Assembly (NCBI RefSeq): GCF_006345805.1
Contig: NC_043017.1
Span: 10,912,001-10,976,000, forward strand
Direction of reading: 5' to 3'
Length of the DNA stretch: 64,000 nt
Source of the DNA: Octopus sinensis
Taxonomy: Eukaryota
The stretch's first letter is position 1, and the number at the start of each line of letters is the position of its first letter. The position numbers and the translations under genes were made by a program. Of this stretch, positions 37,266-49,213 are shown piece after piece. Below the pieces are notes generated by a model. The model saw only the letters and a list, made by a program, of their open reading frames with translations. It made no database searches and was not told the DNA's origin.

Positions 37266-37560
37266 TTGTTCTCTTCATACCATGAGGGACATAAGATCGC
37301 AACACAATCTCTCAAACCAGTTCGGTTTTCTGCCGCTGTTCTGGTCTCATTCCACCTTCTCCTTCCTCCTCTCCTTGTCAATGGTCCTTTGCCATGTGGT
37401 TTTTGAGAGCCCTGCTGCTCTTTTCTCCTCAGGCTTCCATTTTAGTGCTACCAAACAATCACTTTCTCAATCTTGTCTGAGGATGTCCCCGGTCTGGTTC
37501 CAGCACCTGCATCTTATTTCATCCTTATCCCTGTTGATGCCCATTGTCGTCTTAGTTATG
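37266..37560 (-). mobile_element. Old RTE-type LINE ORF C-terminal fossil
   Basis: Minus strand gives ALKWKPEEKRAAGLSKTTWQRTIDKE and VAILCPSWYEEN, similar to RTE W.PEGKR.RGRPKTTW...ALC ends. Confidence 0.7.
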
Positions 37561-37782
37561 TAATTTCAGACCTCTTTGCAGCCTCTTGATGTCAACTATT
37601 CTAGAAACTGTCCATTGTTCTTGCTTCCATCTTTGTCACTTTCCAGTTTTCCCATCTCTAGAGTGAAACTGGTCAGACCAATGTCTTGACCAGCTTCAGT
37701 TTTGTTTTACCACTGACACCTTTGCTTCTCCATATCTTAAACATAACATACCTTTAATTATAGCAAACACACATATGTATAC

Positions 37783-37834
<52 letters not shown>

Positions 37835-38221
37835 TATATATATATGGTGGCTGCCCCCTCATTATTGAGTATGGCCATTGCACGAAGCTTAATCAATGTT
37901 GTTATGGTGCAATGCCTGTGCAAGAAGATTTTTTTGTAAAGTGAGGAAAGGCTGTGCACTGAGTCAATCCCACTCACTAAGCAACAGCAGCCATAATCCG
38001 AAAAGAAGAACAAGTCAACATCATCGGTAACCACTGAGCCGCAGTGTCGGAGTTACCTTCTCCTAGAAGGATGCCCTAACAAAGGCTAGGAGTCATTCAC
38101 GCCCAATGGTTTAACCACGCGATCGGGTATTCAGTCTGATTATTTCTATGTCCCCGCGCATGATACAGCCTTAAGACGTTTATTGGATGGCCGTTGACTC
38201 TCAAGAGTTCCTCTGCCCTTT

Positions 38222-38258
<37 letters not shown>

Positions 38259-39419
38259 CACACACACACACATATATATATAAAATGTGGCTACCCTTTG
38301 TGATTCACACACCCAAGCTATGCCACTGACAGGACTGCTTAATCAAGGCTGACCCGGGGCTAAACAACAGCATATCTTTCAAATACAGTGAGAGTGAAAG
38401 GGAGAGCAAATGTGAGCTGGGTGGGGGATGGCTTGTAGCTAACCCCTCTCCCACTTCATTCATCTTCTTCTCCTCCCGTCACTCCTCTACCCAGAAGAGA
38501 CCTCCACTACTGACTTCCACCAGCTGTCATAATTATTTCATTTGTTTTGTTGTTTGTTTTGGGCTTGTTTTTACTCTAAAACGAGAACAACAACAACAAC
38601 ACCCTTCCCCTTCCCCACCACCTTCAACACCAACCCCGCTCTTTACACCCCCGCCCCACCCCACCCTGTGCTTTTGTTTATGATTCTCATGTTCAACACA
38701 CCACTCTGCCACTCTTCCTCTTTGTAGTCGTTACCATCACTATCCTCATTACCATCATTATCATCAAAATTATCATAATCTTCATTATCATCTCCACCAC
38801 CACCGCCACTACCCCCATCATCATCATCATCAAAACGCTCATAATCATCATCATTATCAACTACCATCACAAACCACCATCATAATCATCACCACCACCA
38901 TTAGCACCATCCTCGTTATGAACACCCCTCCACCACCATCATCATCATAATTATAATCATTACTGATAATAATTAATCATTATCATCATTACCACCATCA
39001 CCACCACCACCACCACCACTGCCACCACCACCACTATCATCATTACCATCACCACCACCACCACCACCATCATCATTACCACCACCACCATCACTGCCAC
39101 CACAGCCGCCACCTCCACCACTCCACTTAAACCTAGAAACAATATCTAAAATGGTGCTAATTTAAACAGCAAATGTTTTCTTTTTGTTTTGGTGTTTTTC
39201 TTGTTGTTGTTGTTCATGCTGCATTTACTTAAGACAGAAGTAAAAGGTGGGGGTGGGGTGGAATAAAATGCGGTGGGGGAGGTTGTGAGGGGGGAAGGGA
39301 TACCATTAAAGAAACTGTTGAATGCCTTTTGGAGGGAGAATGTGTGTTGTGTGGGTATATACATGCGTATGTGTATATTCGTGTCTGTATATGTGTATGA
39401 ATGTGCATGCAAAATATGT

Positions 39420-39502
39420 TGCATGTGTGTGTATATATATATGAATGTGGTGTGTGTGTGTGTGGTATATATATATATATATATATATGAATGTGTGTGT
39501 GT

Positions 39503-39552
<50 letters not shown>

Positions 39553-39613
39553 TGTGGTGTGTGTGTGTGTATATATAATATATATATATATATATATATG
39601 AATGTGTGGTGTG

Positions 39614-39651
<38 letters not shown>

Positions 39652-39652
39652 G

Positions 39653-39738
<86 letters not shown>

Positions 39739-39800
39739 ATATATGAATGTGTGTGTGGTGTGTGTGTGTATATATATATATATAATATATATATATATGT

Positions 39801-39834
<34 letters not shown>

Positions 39835-39843
39835 TGTGTGTTG

Positions 39844-39878
<35 letters not shown>

Positions 39879-39920
39879 TATATATATGAATGTGTGTGTG
39901 TGTGTGTATATATGTATAAC
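39420..39920. repeat. Compound (TA)n-gaat-(GT)n microsatellite
   Basis: Direct reading. Confidence 0.95.
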
Positions 39921-40788
39921 ACGTGAAGAAATGAGTGTAGGCATGTGTGTGTGTATTTGTGTGAACAAATGGAGATATGCGTGTGTGTGTGTGTGTGTGT
40001 GTTTGCATGTGTGAAAAATTGGTATATGCATGTGTGTGTTTATTAATGTATGTACATATGCATGTGTATGTGAACACGTATGAATGTGTGTATATGGTAT
40101 ATATTTAATCAGAAATATTCCTGTAATAAATATATTCACGCTTTATCTTACCTCGTTATTTTCCACTTAGACAATACCCCAACACATAATTATATTGCAT
40201 TAATTATATAATGAACATTGTGTACATATGTACAGATGGAAGCAGGCTCGTTAATGAGTAGGTGACCATTACTTGTTAATGAGCTGCAAAAGAAAGACGA
40301 GCTTTCATTATAATTTTTGTAACTGTGTGCTTTTGGGTTCAATCCCTCTACACAGCACCTTGGGCAAGTGTCTTTATCTATAGCCCCAGATCACTTTGCG
40401 AGTAAATTTGGTAGATGGAAACTGTGTTGAATCCCATCGTGTGTGTGTATCTTTGTATCTATATTTGTCACTCCTCCTTCCCAGTCAAGGATTTGCAGCT
40501 TTCACTATGGGTATCACAGAAATGTCTCTTCTTGGTTAAATGCCATGCAGAATCATGTTGTGTGTGTTTTTGTAGATGTGTTGTTGCAGTTTGTATAGGG
40601 GGCTGTACTCTTGAAATATTGCTCCAGTATGATCACATCAAACAATCTAAGCCAGTGAAATGCTGTGCGTATGTGTGAGTGGATATGATGAAGATTTTGA
40701 ATGACACTGAATTCTAATTGCTTTTTGCTTTTTGAGCCAATAAAAATTAAATTAAATTAAATTAATTGATTTCCGTTTTCCTCTTCAG

Positions 40789-40831
40789 TCTCAGGTTGTG
40801 AGGCGCCGTGCCAAGACATCAAAACGAGTTG
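40789..40831 (+). CDS. CNKSR: CNK-family gene exon (SQVVRRRAKTSKRV), basic stretch before the PH domain, phase 0-1
   Basis: Acceptor ttccgttttcctcttcag, donor TTG|gtaagt. CNK proteins have a basic run before RRISCKDLG. Confidence 0.85.
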
Positions 40832-42214
40832 GTAAGTATTCCTTTCAAATGTCTGTCGCCAAACTCTGAGCAGCACTTGTTCTTGAAAAACAGTTACTCA
40901 CCGCTGGACCTTTCTCCTCTCCCTGTACACACATGCACTTGTACAATGGCTGTGTAGTTAGGAAGCTTGCTTCTTAAGGATATGGTTTCAGGTTCAGTCC
41001 CACTGTGTGGCATCTTGAGCAAACGTCTTCTGCTTTAGCTTTGGGCCAACCGAAGCTTTGAGATTGAATTTGGCTGGCAGAAGTTCTTGTCATGTGTATA
41101 CATGCATGTGAAAGTGCTTGTGCCTCCTTTAATAGATAGGAGGGAAAACCTATATGTGACAGGCTTCTTTCAGTTTCCGTCTACCAAATCCACTCTCAAA
41201 GCTTTGGTCTTCCTGGGGCTGTAGTAGAAAGCACTTGCCCAAAGCGCCACACGGTGGAACTGAACCCCAAACACACAATGTTGGGGAGTGAACGTCCTAA
41301 CTACACAGCCATATCTGATTGTGACCCCCCACCCTCTGCACACACACACACACACACACACCTCCTTTCATATTCATTCTATGGTTAACCACACATGTTC
41401 TTTCCCACCTCTTTGTTACCCTCTCCTCTTCCCCCTCCTCCCATCTCACATTACCCTGTTGTTCTCCCCTCTTCTCTGTCCCCTTTTCCCTTGTCTTTTT
41501 TCTCATTTTCTCTTCTAATTGCCTTTGTCTCTCTCTCTCTCTATCTCTTGTTTGCCTCTTACTCTCCCTCACATACTCTAACACTCATAATCACACACAC
41601 ACACACACACAGGCATGACATAATCTTACACACACACACACACACACACACACGCAATAATGTGAACACACACAATATACTACCACACACACACACACAC
41701 ACATACCCCTATACATGCACATGCATAATCATACATACATACTTACAGCACATTTACATTCATGCACGCATACACATGTGCACAATGCAATAATGTGAAC
41801 ACACACTGTACTACCACACACACACACACACACATGCGCACACACACACACATATACATGCGCACACACACACATACACACATGCACACGCACACTCAAC
41901 ACCTAATGCTACTGACTCCTTTAACCATAACAACAACAACAGCAACCCATTAACAAGTTATTGTATCTTATTAGTATGCACTTTTACCTGCAACACTGCA
42001 TGCTGCATTTACCTGCTGCAAAGATCTATTGCACCTATATTATTTCTTTTCCTTTTGTAATTAAATATTGTCACATGCAGCTGCTGTGCAGCATTTCGAT
42101 GCATCTAACAGTGCACATTCCAGTGCAGAGGGAGAGAGAGAGAGAGAGAGAGATTCATATGTTGTTTGCTGCTCACAGCTTGTAGCACAGTTGGATAATG
42201 ACTAATTATAAGCA

Positions 42215-43490
42215 ACCTAATTATAAACAGGCTAATTATAGGCAGCTGGGTCATTTATAGATAGTTGTCAAGGTAACCTGCTAGTTTATATCTGGTTGTC
42301 AAGGTGACTTACTAAATATAGCAGGTTGCCAGGACAACCTGCCATACAAAGATGATTGCCAGGGCAACCTACCATACACAGCTAATTGCCAGGGCAACCT
42401 ACCATACACAGCTAATTGCCAGGACAACCTGCCATATACAGATGATTACCAGGGCAACCTACCATACACAGCTAATTGCCAGGGCAACCTGCCACATACA
42501 GATGATTACCAGGGCAACCTGCTATACACAGCTAATTGCCAGGGCAACCTACCATACACAGCTAATTGCCAGGGCAACCTGCCATATATAGTTAATTGCC
42601 AGGGCAACCTGCCATACGTAACTGATTGCCAGGGCAACTTAACTGATGTATAGCTGGTTTTTATGGCAGTATTTCATGTATACTTTGATTGCTACAGCAA
42701 CCCTCACTTATATAATTGAATTGCTCGTGAAATCCACACTGTACAAATGGTATTTTTGTGACAACCTTTCATGTATTAGCTGATTGCTAGGGCAACCTTG
42801 CACCTGTAGATAATTACTTGGACAACTGGCCATGTATATCTGATTGCTATTGGAAGCCTTCCCTGTACAAACTGATTGCCAAGGCAGCCTTCTATGTATA
42901 ACTGGTTACTAGGGCTATTTCTTATGTGACAGAGCGGCTAACCGGCTTTCATGCCAGTGGCACATAAAAAGCACCATTCGAGTGTGATCGTTGCCAACTT
43001 CGCCTTACTGGCACTTGTGCCCCGTGCTAGTAGGGTGCTAAGAGCACCATCCAAGCATGATTGTTGCCAGAGCGGCTAACTGCCTTCCGTGCCGGTGGCA
43101 TGTAGGAGGCACCATTCGAGTGGGATTGTTACCAGCATCGCCTTACTGGCAACTGTGCCGTTGGCATGTGTAAAAAAATTCGAGCAAGGTCGTTGCCAGT
43201 ACCACCTGACTGGCCCCCGTGCCAGTGGCACGTAAAAGCACCCACTACACTCTCGGAGTGGTTGGCGTTAGGAAGGGCATCCAGCTGTAGAAACTTTGCC
43301 GGATCAAGACTGGAGCCTAATGCAGCCATCTGGTTCGCCAGTCCTCAGTCAAATCGTCCAATCCATGCTAGCATGGAAAGTGGACGTTAAACGACGATGA
43401 TAGGATTGCCAGGGCAAACTTCCATGTATGGAGCAAACCTGCTTTGTATGGCTTATTGCCAGGGTAACTTGTTATATGCCACTGGTTATC
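42215..43490. repeat. 30-bp minisatellite (ttgccagggcaacctaccatacacagctaa), homogeneous core ~42330-42620 with decayed flanks
   Basis: About 10 near-perfect units plus degenerate units on both sides. Confidence 0.95.
42930..43402 (+). mobile_element. RTE LINE 3' UTR copy inserted in a 30-bp minisatellite
   Basis: Family 3' end with GAT tail. gccagggcaa minisatellite units resume after it. Confidence 0.8.
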
Positions 43491-44115
43491 ACAGTACCCA
43501 CCATGTATAACTTAGTTATGATGAGTTGACCAACCCTCCTCAAGATGAATGGTGATTATTCAACTTGCCACAGGGCCAAAAACCCTTTTCTCAACAGAAT
43601 GAGATGTTTGGTCAAGGCTGTTTGGTCACTGGTAATTTGGCATGACTGACTGGACATTGAATCTGTTTTACTAACTGTACTTTTTGGCACTAGAGACGGA
43701 CATACATGTGCCCTTTTAAAGCGTAGCCAGACTCATGGGCCCGGTTTCTCGGTTTCTATGTCGTATGTGTTCCCCAGCTGGACGGGGAAATTCACAGCGT
43801 TACTCATTTTTGCCAGCTGAGTGGATTGGAGCAACGTGAAATGAAGTGTTTTGCTCAAGAACACAACGCGTCGCCGGTCCAGGAATCGAAACCACAATCT
43901 TACGATCATGGTGCTGAAACCCTAACCACTAAGCCACGTGCCTCCACCATCAAATCAGTGACACCAAGTAAGCAAGGCCAGAACTGTTGTGCCAAAATGT
44001 CTAAAACCCCTGTCCCAATACGATGTATTATATCTTGGTAAATGAAATTGTTATTTGTTGTTGTTGTTGTCTTTTTTGTGTTGTAAGTTCTGGTGTTTTC
44101 TTTTGTCTTTGACAG

Positions 44116-44273
44116 CCGCAGACAGGAGGATTTCCTGTAAAGATTTAGGCCGAGGGGATTGTGAAGGCTGGTTATACAAGAAGAAACAGAGTGCAGGGCC
44201 TCTGGGAAAGAACTGGAAGAAACGATGGTGTATTCTGAAGGAAAGCAACATGTTCCACTACAAGAGAAATGAC
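44116..44273 (+). CDS. CNKSR: PH domain, N-terminal exon (ADRRISCKDLGRGDCEGWLYKKKQSAGPLGKNWKKRWCILKESNMFHYKRND), phase 1-0
   Basis: Signature RRISCKDLGRGDCEGWL of CNKSR2/IPCEF1. Acceptor gtctttgacag, donor GAC|gtaagg. Confidence 0.96.
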
Positions 44274-44388
44274 GTAAGGCACCGAAATTGGCTTTTATAT
44301 CATTTTATTAAACTCAAAGTCTGTTTTGAATTTTGTGGCCTGTTAGGTTATGGAGCTTATAATTACAAACAGTTATTAAGATAGATTC

Positions 44389-44687
44389 TATCTATCTATC
44401 TATCTATCTATCCGCTCAGTCGAAGTCGACTCTTGGTCACTTGTTTGATCAGTGTCCTCCAGTCAGTTCTATCCTGGGCTGCTTCTTTCAGATTGGCTAT
44501 GTCCATTCCGGTATCCCTCTTGATGGTGTCAAGCCAGCTGGTTCTTTGTCGGCCTCTTCCTCTCTTGCCACTGACCATTCCGAGCATGATGTCCTTCTCC
44601 AGGGATTTTCTTTGCATAACATGACCAAAATATGCCAATCTATGCTTGGTGATCCTAGCTTCTAGCGACATTTTCGGTCTGATCTGC
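44389..44687 (-). mobile_element. 5'-truncated RTE/BovB-like LINE with intact ORF end, (ATAG)n tail and a 13-bp TSD
   Basis: ORF ...HRLAYFGHVMQRKSLEKDIMLGMVSGKRGRGRQRTSWLDTIK...DRTDWR. Perfect TSD ttaagatagattc at 44376-44388 and 44688-44700. Confidence 0.93.
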
Positions 44688-45035
44688 TTAAGATAGATTC
44701 ACAATTAGCTAATTTGCATTTGTATGTACCTGTATCAGCATGATTAATCTTGATCATCATCATTTAACATCTGTCTTCCATGCTGATATAGGATCTGATG
44801 AGTTGGAGGATGGTGTCAAGCTCCAATGTCTACTTTGGCAGGGTTTCTATGGCAACCTCTTTACAGTGTGTAGTGGGTGCCTTATTTTCTGTGTCACCAG
44901 CACAAGCAAGGTTACCATGTAACTTGCAAAAGAAAAAGATAAAATAAACATCATAAAAGCTCTCAACTGAATCGGGTTGTAATAGGGAGGAAGCTGGCTT
45001 TGTGCCAGGACAGGATCAAGTGTCTTTTTGTAGAG

Positions 45036-45662
45036 CAGGAGTTCTCAACCGAGATCCAAATGGCCCTTCAGGGGTCCATATAAGATTTTGTTAAAATTTA
45101 TCTGCAATAAATTAGTTATCCTCTTACAATACACAAAATATTTCAACATTTTTTTTATAGGCACAGGAGTAGCTGTGTGGTAAGTAGTTTACCAACCACA
45201 TGGTTCTGGGTTCAGTCCTACTGCGTGGCACCTTGGGCAAGGTCTTCTACTATAGTCTCAGGCTATAGTAGAAGACCAAAGCCTTGTGAGTGGATTTAGT
45301 AGATGGAAATTGAAAGCCCATCGTATATATGTATATATATATATGTGTGTGTATGTGTCTGTTTTTGTTTCCCCAACATCGCTCGACAACCGATGCTGGT
45401 GTGCTTATGTCCCCATAACTTAGCATTTTGGCAAAAGAGACCGTTAGAATAAGTACTAGGCTTACAAAGCATAAGTCCTGGGGTCAATTTACTCAACTAA
45501 AGGCGGTGCTCCAGCATGACCGCAATCAACTGACTGGAACAAGTAAAGGAGTAATGAGTATACAATTCCTGATAACATAAAAAATATAAATGGATTTTTT
45601 AAGCCTTGAATGACAGGAGTTAAAGGGGTCCATAGGCATTAAAAGATGGTTGGGAACTACTG
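45036..45662. mobile_element. hAT (Charlie-like) MITE interrupted by a SINE at ~45159-45560
   Basis: Ends CAGGAGTTCTCAACC / GGTTGGGAACTACTG; decayed 8-bp TSD ttgtagag / atgtggag. Confidence 0.7.
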
Positions 45663-45943
45663 ATGTGGAGAGATACATGGTTGCTCCCTACATTATATAA
45701 GAATGGGATGGAACAGCTGGAAAGAGAGATGAAAAGAGAGAGGTGTGAGGACATGGTTTCAATGTACAAGAACTTGAGTATAAGAGAGAATAGGGAATAT
45801 AATATAGATAGTATACTAGCAAGGAGGGGTCAGACCTGTTGAGTGATTCCTTTCTCCTGCTGTGTATATGAATGTGTATTTGTGTCAAGTGATGTGGGAA
45901 CCTTAACTAACCTATCTGAGATATTGTCTTGTTTTTTTTTCAG

Positions 45944-46020
45944 GATTTGAAAGCTGAGGGTGTGATCCATTTACCTGCATTTAAAGTCTCACCTGCTCCT
46001 GAAATGAAATCCAAGAAATT
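45944..46020 (+). CDS. CNKSR: PH domain exon (DLKAEGVIHLPAFKVSPAPEMKSKK), phase 0-2
   Basis: Matches the CNK PH segment DEKAEGFISLPEFKI. Acceptor ttttttttcag, donor gtaagt. Confidence 0.93.
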
Positions 46021-47172
46021 GTAAGTCGGTTCTTTTCATCAAAGAGGTCTTGGTGTGTGTGTGTGCGTGTGTGTGTGTTTAGATACTCGGTTATACCTTG
46101 TCATCTGTTCACCTTTCTCTTTCTTCCACAATTCACCCTCACTGCCTCCTTTCTACATATCTACCTCACATCTTTCTCGCCCCCCCTTCTCTTTCCCTCT
46201 CCCAGTCTCTTGCTTTCTCTTTCTTGTACTCCTACCATCCCGCCCACTTCCACTCCTCCATTCCCTATTGCTCCTGCTACCCCACTCCCCACCCCTCACC
46301 TAGCTCATCCTTCCCATTATTGTTCTCTTTCTCCCTCTGTTTACACTCCCTCTCCCATATCCCTACATGCACACACACACACAAACACACGCATGCACTA
46401 ATTAGAACTATTGTATGTTTAGTTTTGCTGTGACCACATGGTTTGCAAATCACATGTGTTGCACAATTAAACAATGCAGTACACACACATGGAGTCTCAT
46501 TGCTCTTCATGTGGGTCTCTCTCTCGTCCTCTCCCTCTTTCTTCCTTCCTCTTCTTCTCTCTCAGAAAATAAGGAGCAGTCGATAGACTGTGCCGAGTCA
46601 AAAGTTTTGCAATATTTCGGTTGCGTATTTGCTTTATTTGTCAAGTTACAACAAGTACAAGCTTATATCGTTCGTAGATAAACCATACGTTCCAGCATTG
46701 TGGTGGTTTGGAGATTCCGAGTGAATTAAATGCTTCACCACAGAATCGACCAACAGGGAAACACTTTATTGCATCATATTACAGAACTGAAGTGTGTGTG
46801 TCTATCACACACTAGTAATACTACTAGCTACAGTAAGTAGTTACCTAACTACCATACTGGAAGCAGACCAGGCGAGGATAATCTACTTGCAAGTCTAAAC
46901 AACACTAGCAGTTGAACATATATATACAAACTTCTTCTCAAACCTGCAATAATGTAATACATGCCTTTAGTGTGGTAATTGTGCGCGGCTGAAGAAGGCT
47001 GTTGACCTACATGTTACATCAATTATGCATTGATATAAACTGTCCAATAAAGCCAGAAACATATGTACCGCTAAATCCTCTGCATCCTGTTTTTCTTTTG
47101 ATAAATATACCCTATCACCTACACCACTAACTGGCATATACAAGTGCTTACAGTTATCAAGTATTTACCCTG

Positions 47173-47223
<51 letters not shown>

Positions 47224-47248
47224 TAGATAGATATATAGATATTAAATA

Positions 47249-47351
47249 AATTCCCTGATGAAGGTGTTTTGCTAAATAGATTGTATTGATTAATTATTTA
47301 ATTATAAATGGATATTCTCTTGGTAAATCAGTTGAAACATATGACAGAATT
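47249..47351 (+). ncRNA. Degenerate type I hammerhead with long stem II
   Basis: AATTCC-CTGATGA-[imperfect 14-bp stem plus AT-rich loop]-GAA-ACATATGA-C-AGAATT. The U16.1 position is mutated to A. Confidence 0.5.
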
Positions 47352-48413
47352 AGCTAATTTTTCTTCTTAGGTGTAAATTATGTTTGTATGATATATATAT
47401 ATATATAGACACACATACACACATATATATTATGAATATATGTGTGTGTGTGGTGTGTGTGTGTGTAGAATCTTTCTCACAAATTTTGTTTCACTCTGCA
47501 ATATTGTCACATTTTCACTGGAATCTTTTTATTACTTTATTGTATTTTTTTCTTTACTTTTCTAAATTTTTGGCACTCATTTAGTGAACATGGGTGAGTA
47601 TGAGCAGTCACGTGTCTACATGGTGTATATATATATATATATATATATTTTAGACAATGTCATATAAATCTCTATTAATGTTACATATTATTATTGCTGT
47701 TGTTTTTAGTGTTTTTATTTTCCATTCTTCGTGTTGGGCTGATTATATGTTTTTCTGTTTCTCTGCCACATGTTCCAAGTTTCCAGAACTGGGCCATAGT
47801 ATTTGGCTACATGTCCATGCAAAAATGATTAGAACGCCAACGAATCACGTCCTTGGGGAAGGGACATAACTCTGCATGCCTTAGATTACTTGAATGTCCA
47901 AAACCCACGTTTCGAGTCTTTCTATTTGAGTATTTAACTCTTGAAAGGAAATCTAGTTAGATTATAATTGGATCCAGCTGTAATTTCAATTCCACGTGGT
48001 AAAAAATGCTAATTCAATAAATATACAAGTTTATAGCCAAGAATATTTTATCTCTTAATAAAAACAAGGCTTGATTTTAACAGCCTTGAGTGTGGATTGA
48101 ACTTGCCATTTCTGTTATTTAACAATTCAAGATTTCTGAATCTTTCCTTCTTTAGGTGCTAAATGTTTGTAGCAAGGAACTAATTATCAAAACTTAATCA
48201 AGAATGAGGGCATAACTCATTTACATAATAGCACAGTTTTAAGTATACACACACATACACAGTTATATCCATATGTGTATATGGTTTTGGTAATTTGCAT
48301 AATTTAATTTGCATAATTTAAGCAAAAATGGGTTGAGATGTGGAACTGATACTCTGGAGTTGGAGATAAATTTTAACAAATCCAGGATTTATGTTGTATG
48401 ATATTTGATAGAC

Positions 48414-48642
48414 TGGCGAGTTGGCAGAAACGTTAGCACGCCAGGCGAAATGTGTAGCCGTATTTCGTCTGCCGTTACGTTCTGAGTTCAAATTCCACCG
48501 AGGTCGACTTTGCCTTTCATCCTTTCGGTGTCGATAAATTAAGTACCAGTTACGTACTTGGGTCAATGTAATCGACTTAATCCGTTTGTCTGTCCTTGTT
48601 TGTCCCCTCTATGTTTAGTCCCTTGTGGGTAATAAAGAAACA
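48414..48642 (+). mobile_element. SINE family B
   Basis: TSD gatatttgatagac at 48400-48413 and 48643-48656. Confidence 0.9.
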
Positions 48643-49165
48643 GATATTTGATAGACCTGTATTTGTCTCTGTTGTTCAAATATATTCCCCCATGGCCCAT
48701 TCTGACTTATTTTTCTCTTATTGGTAATTAACAAAAATTGCATCACTCGGTTAATGTGTACGTATATATTGTCTGTGTGTATAAGTACATCTTGGTGTGT
48801 GGCTGTACCAGTGTTATGTATGTGTACAATAAGGGATAGAAACCTTTTTTTCTTCCCCACCTTTCATAAATCTTACTTGGAATGTTCTAGGCTACTCTGG
48901 TCCTGTGCTTAATCTATGTATAGCACATACACCACACACACACACACACCACACACACACACACCACACACACACACACATCACACACACACACATGCTT
49001 TAATTAATTTTGATGCCTTACCTGGTGCCTCTTGCTATTGTGACTTTGCTGTTTGTAAATGGTTTTTGTTTTATTTCAATATCTTTTCATTTTTACATTT
49101 CTTTTCTTATTTATTGAAAGGTATTTCAAAGTGTTATATAGTCGTGTTGGAATGCTGTTTTATTA

Positions 49166-49198
<33 letters not shown>

Positions 49199-49213
49199 CA
49201 TTATTATCATTAT

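Noticed and set aside
42330-42620. CRISPR-like array
   Set aside because: Contiguous tandem units without unique spacers, in eukaryotic intronic DNA.
46566-46680. Strong pyrimidine tract and AG that could be a poison or terminal exon
   Set aside because: The CT tract is simple repeat and there is no independent support.
47880-47960. Minus-strand gactc-GAAACGTG, hammerhead-like
   Set aside because: No CUGANGA-like core at the required position.
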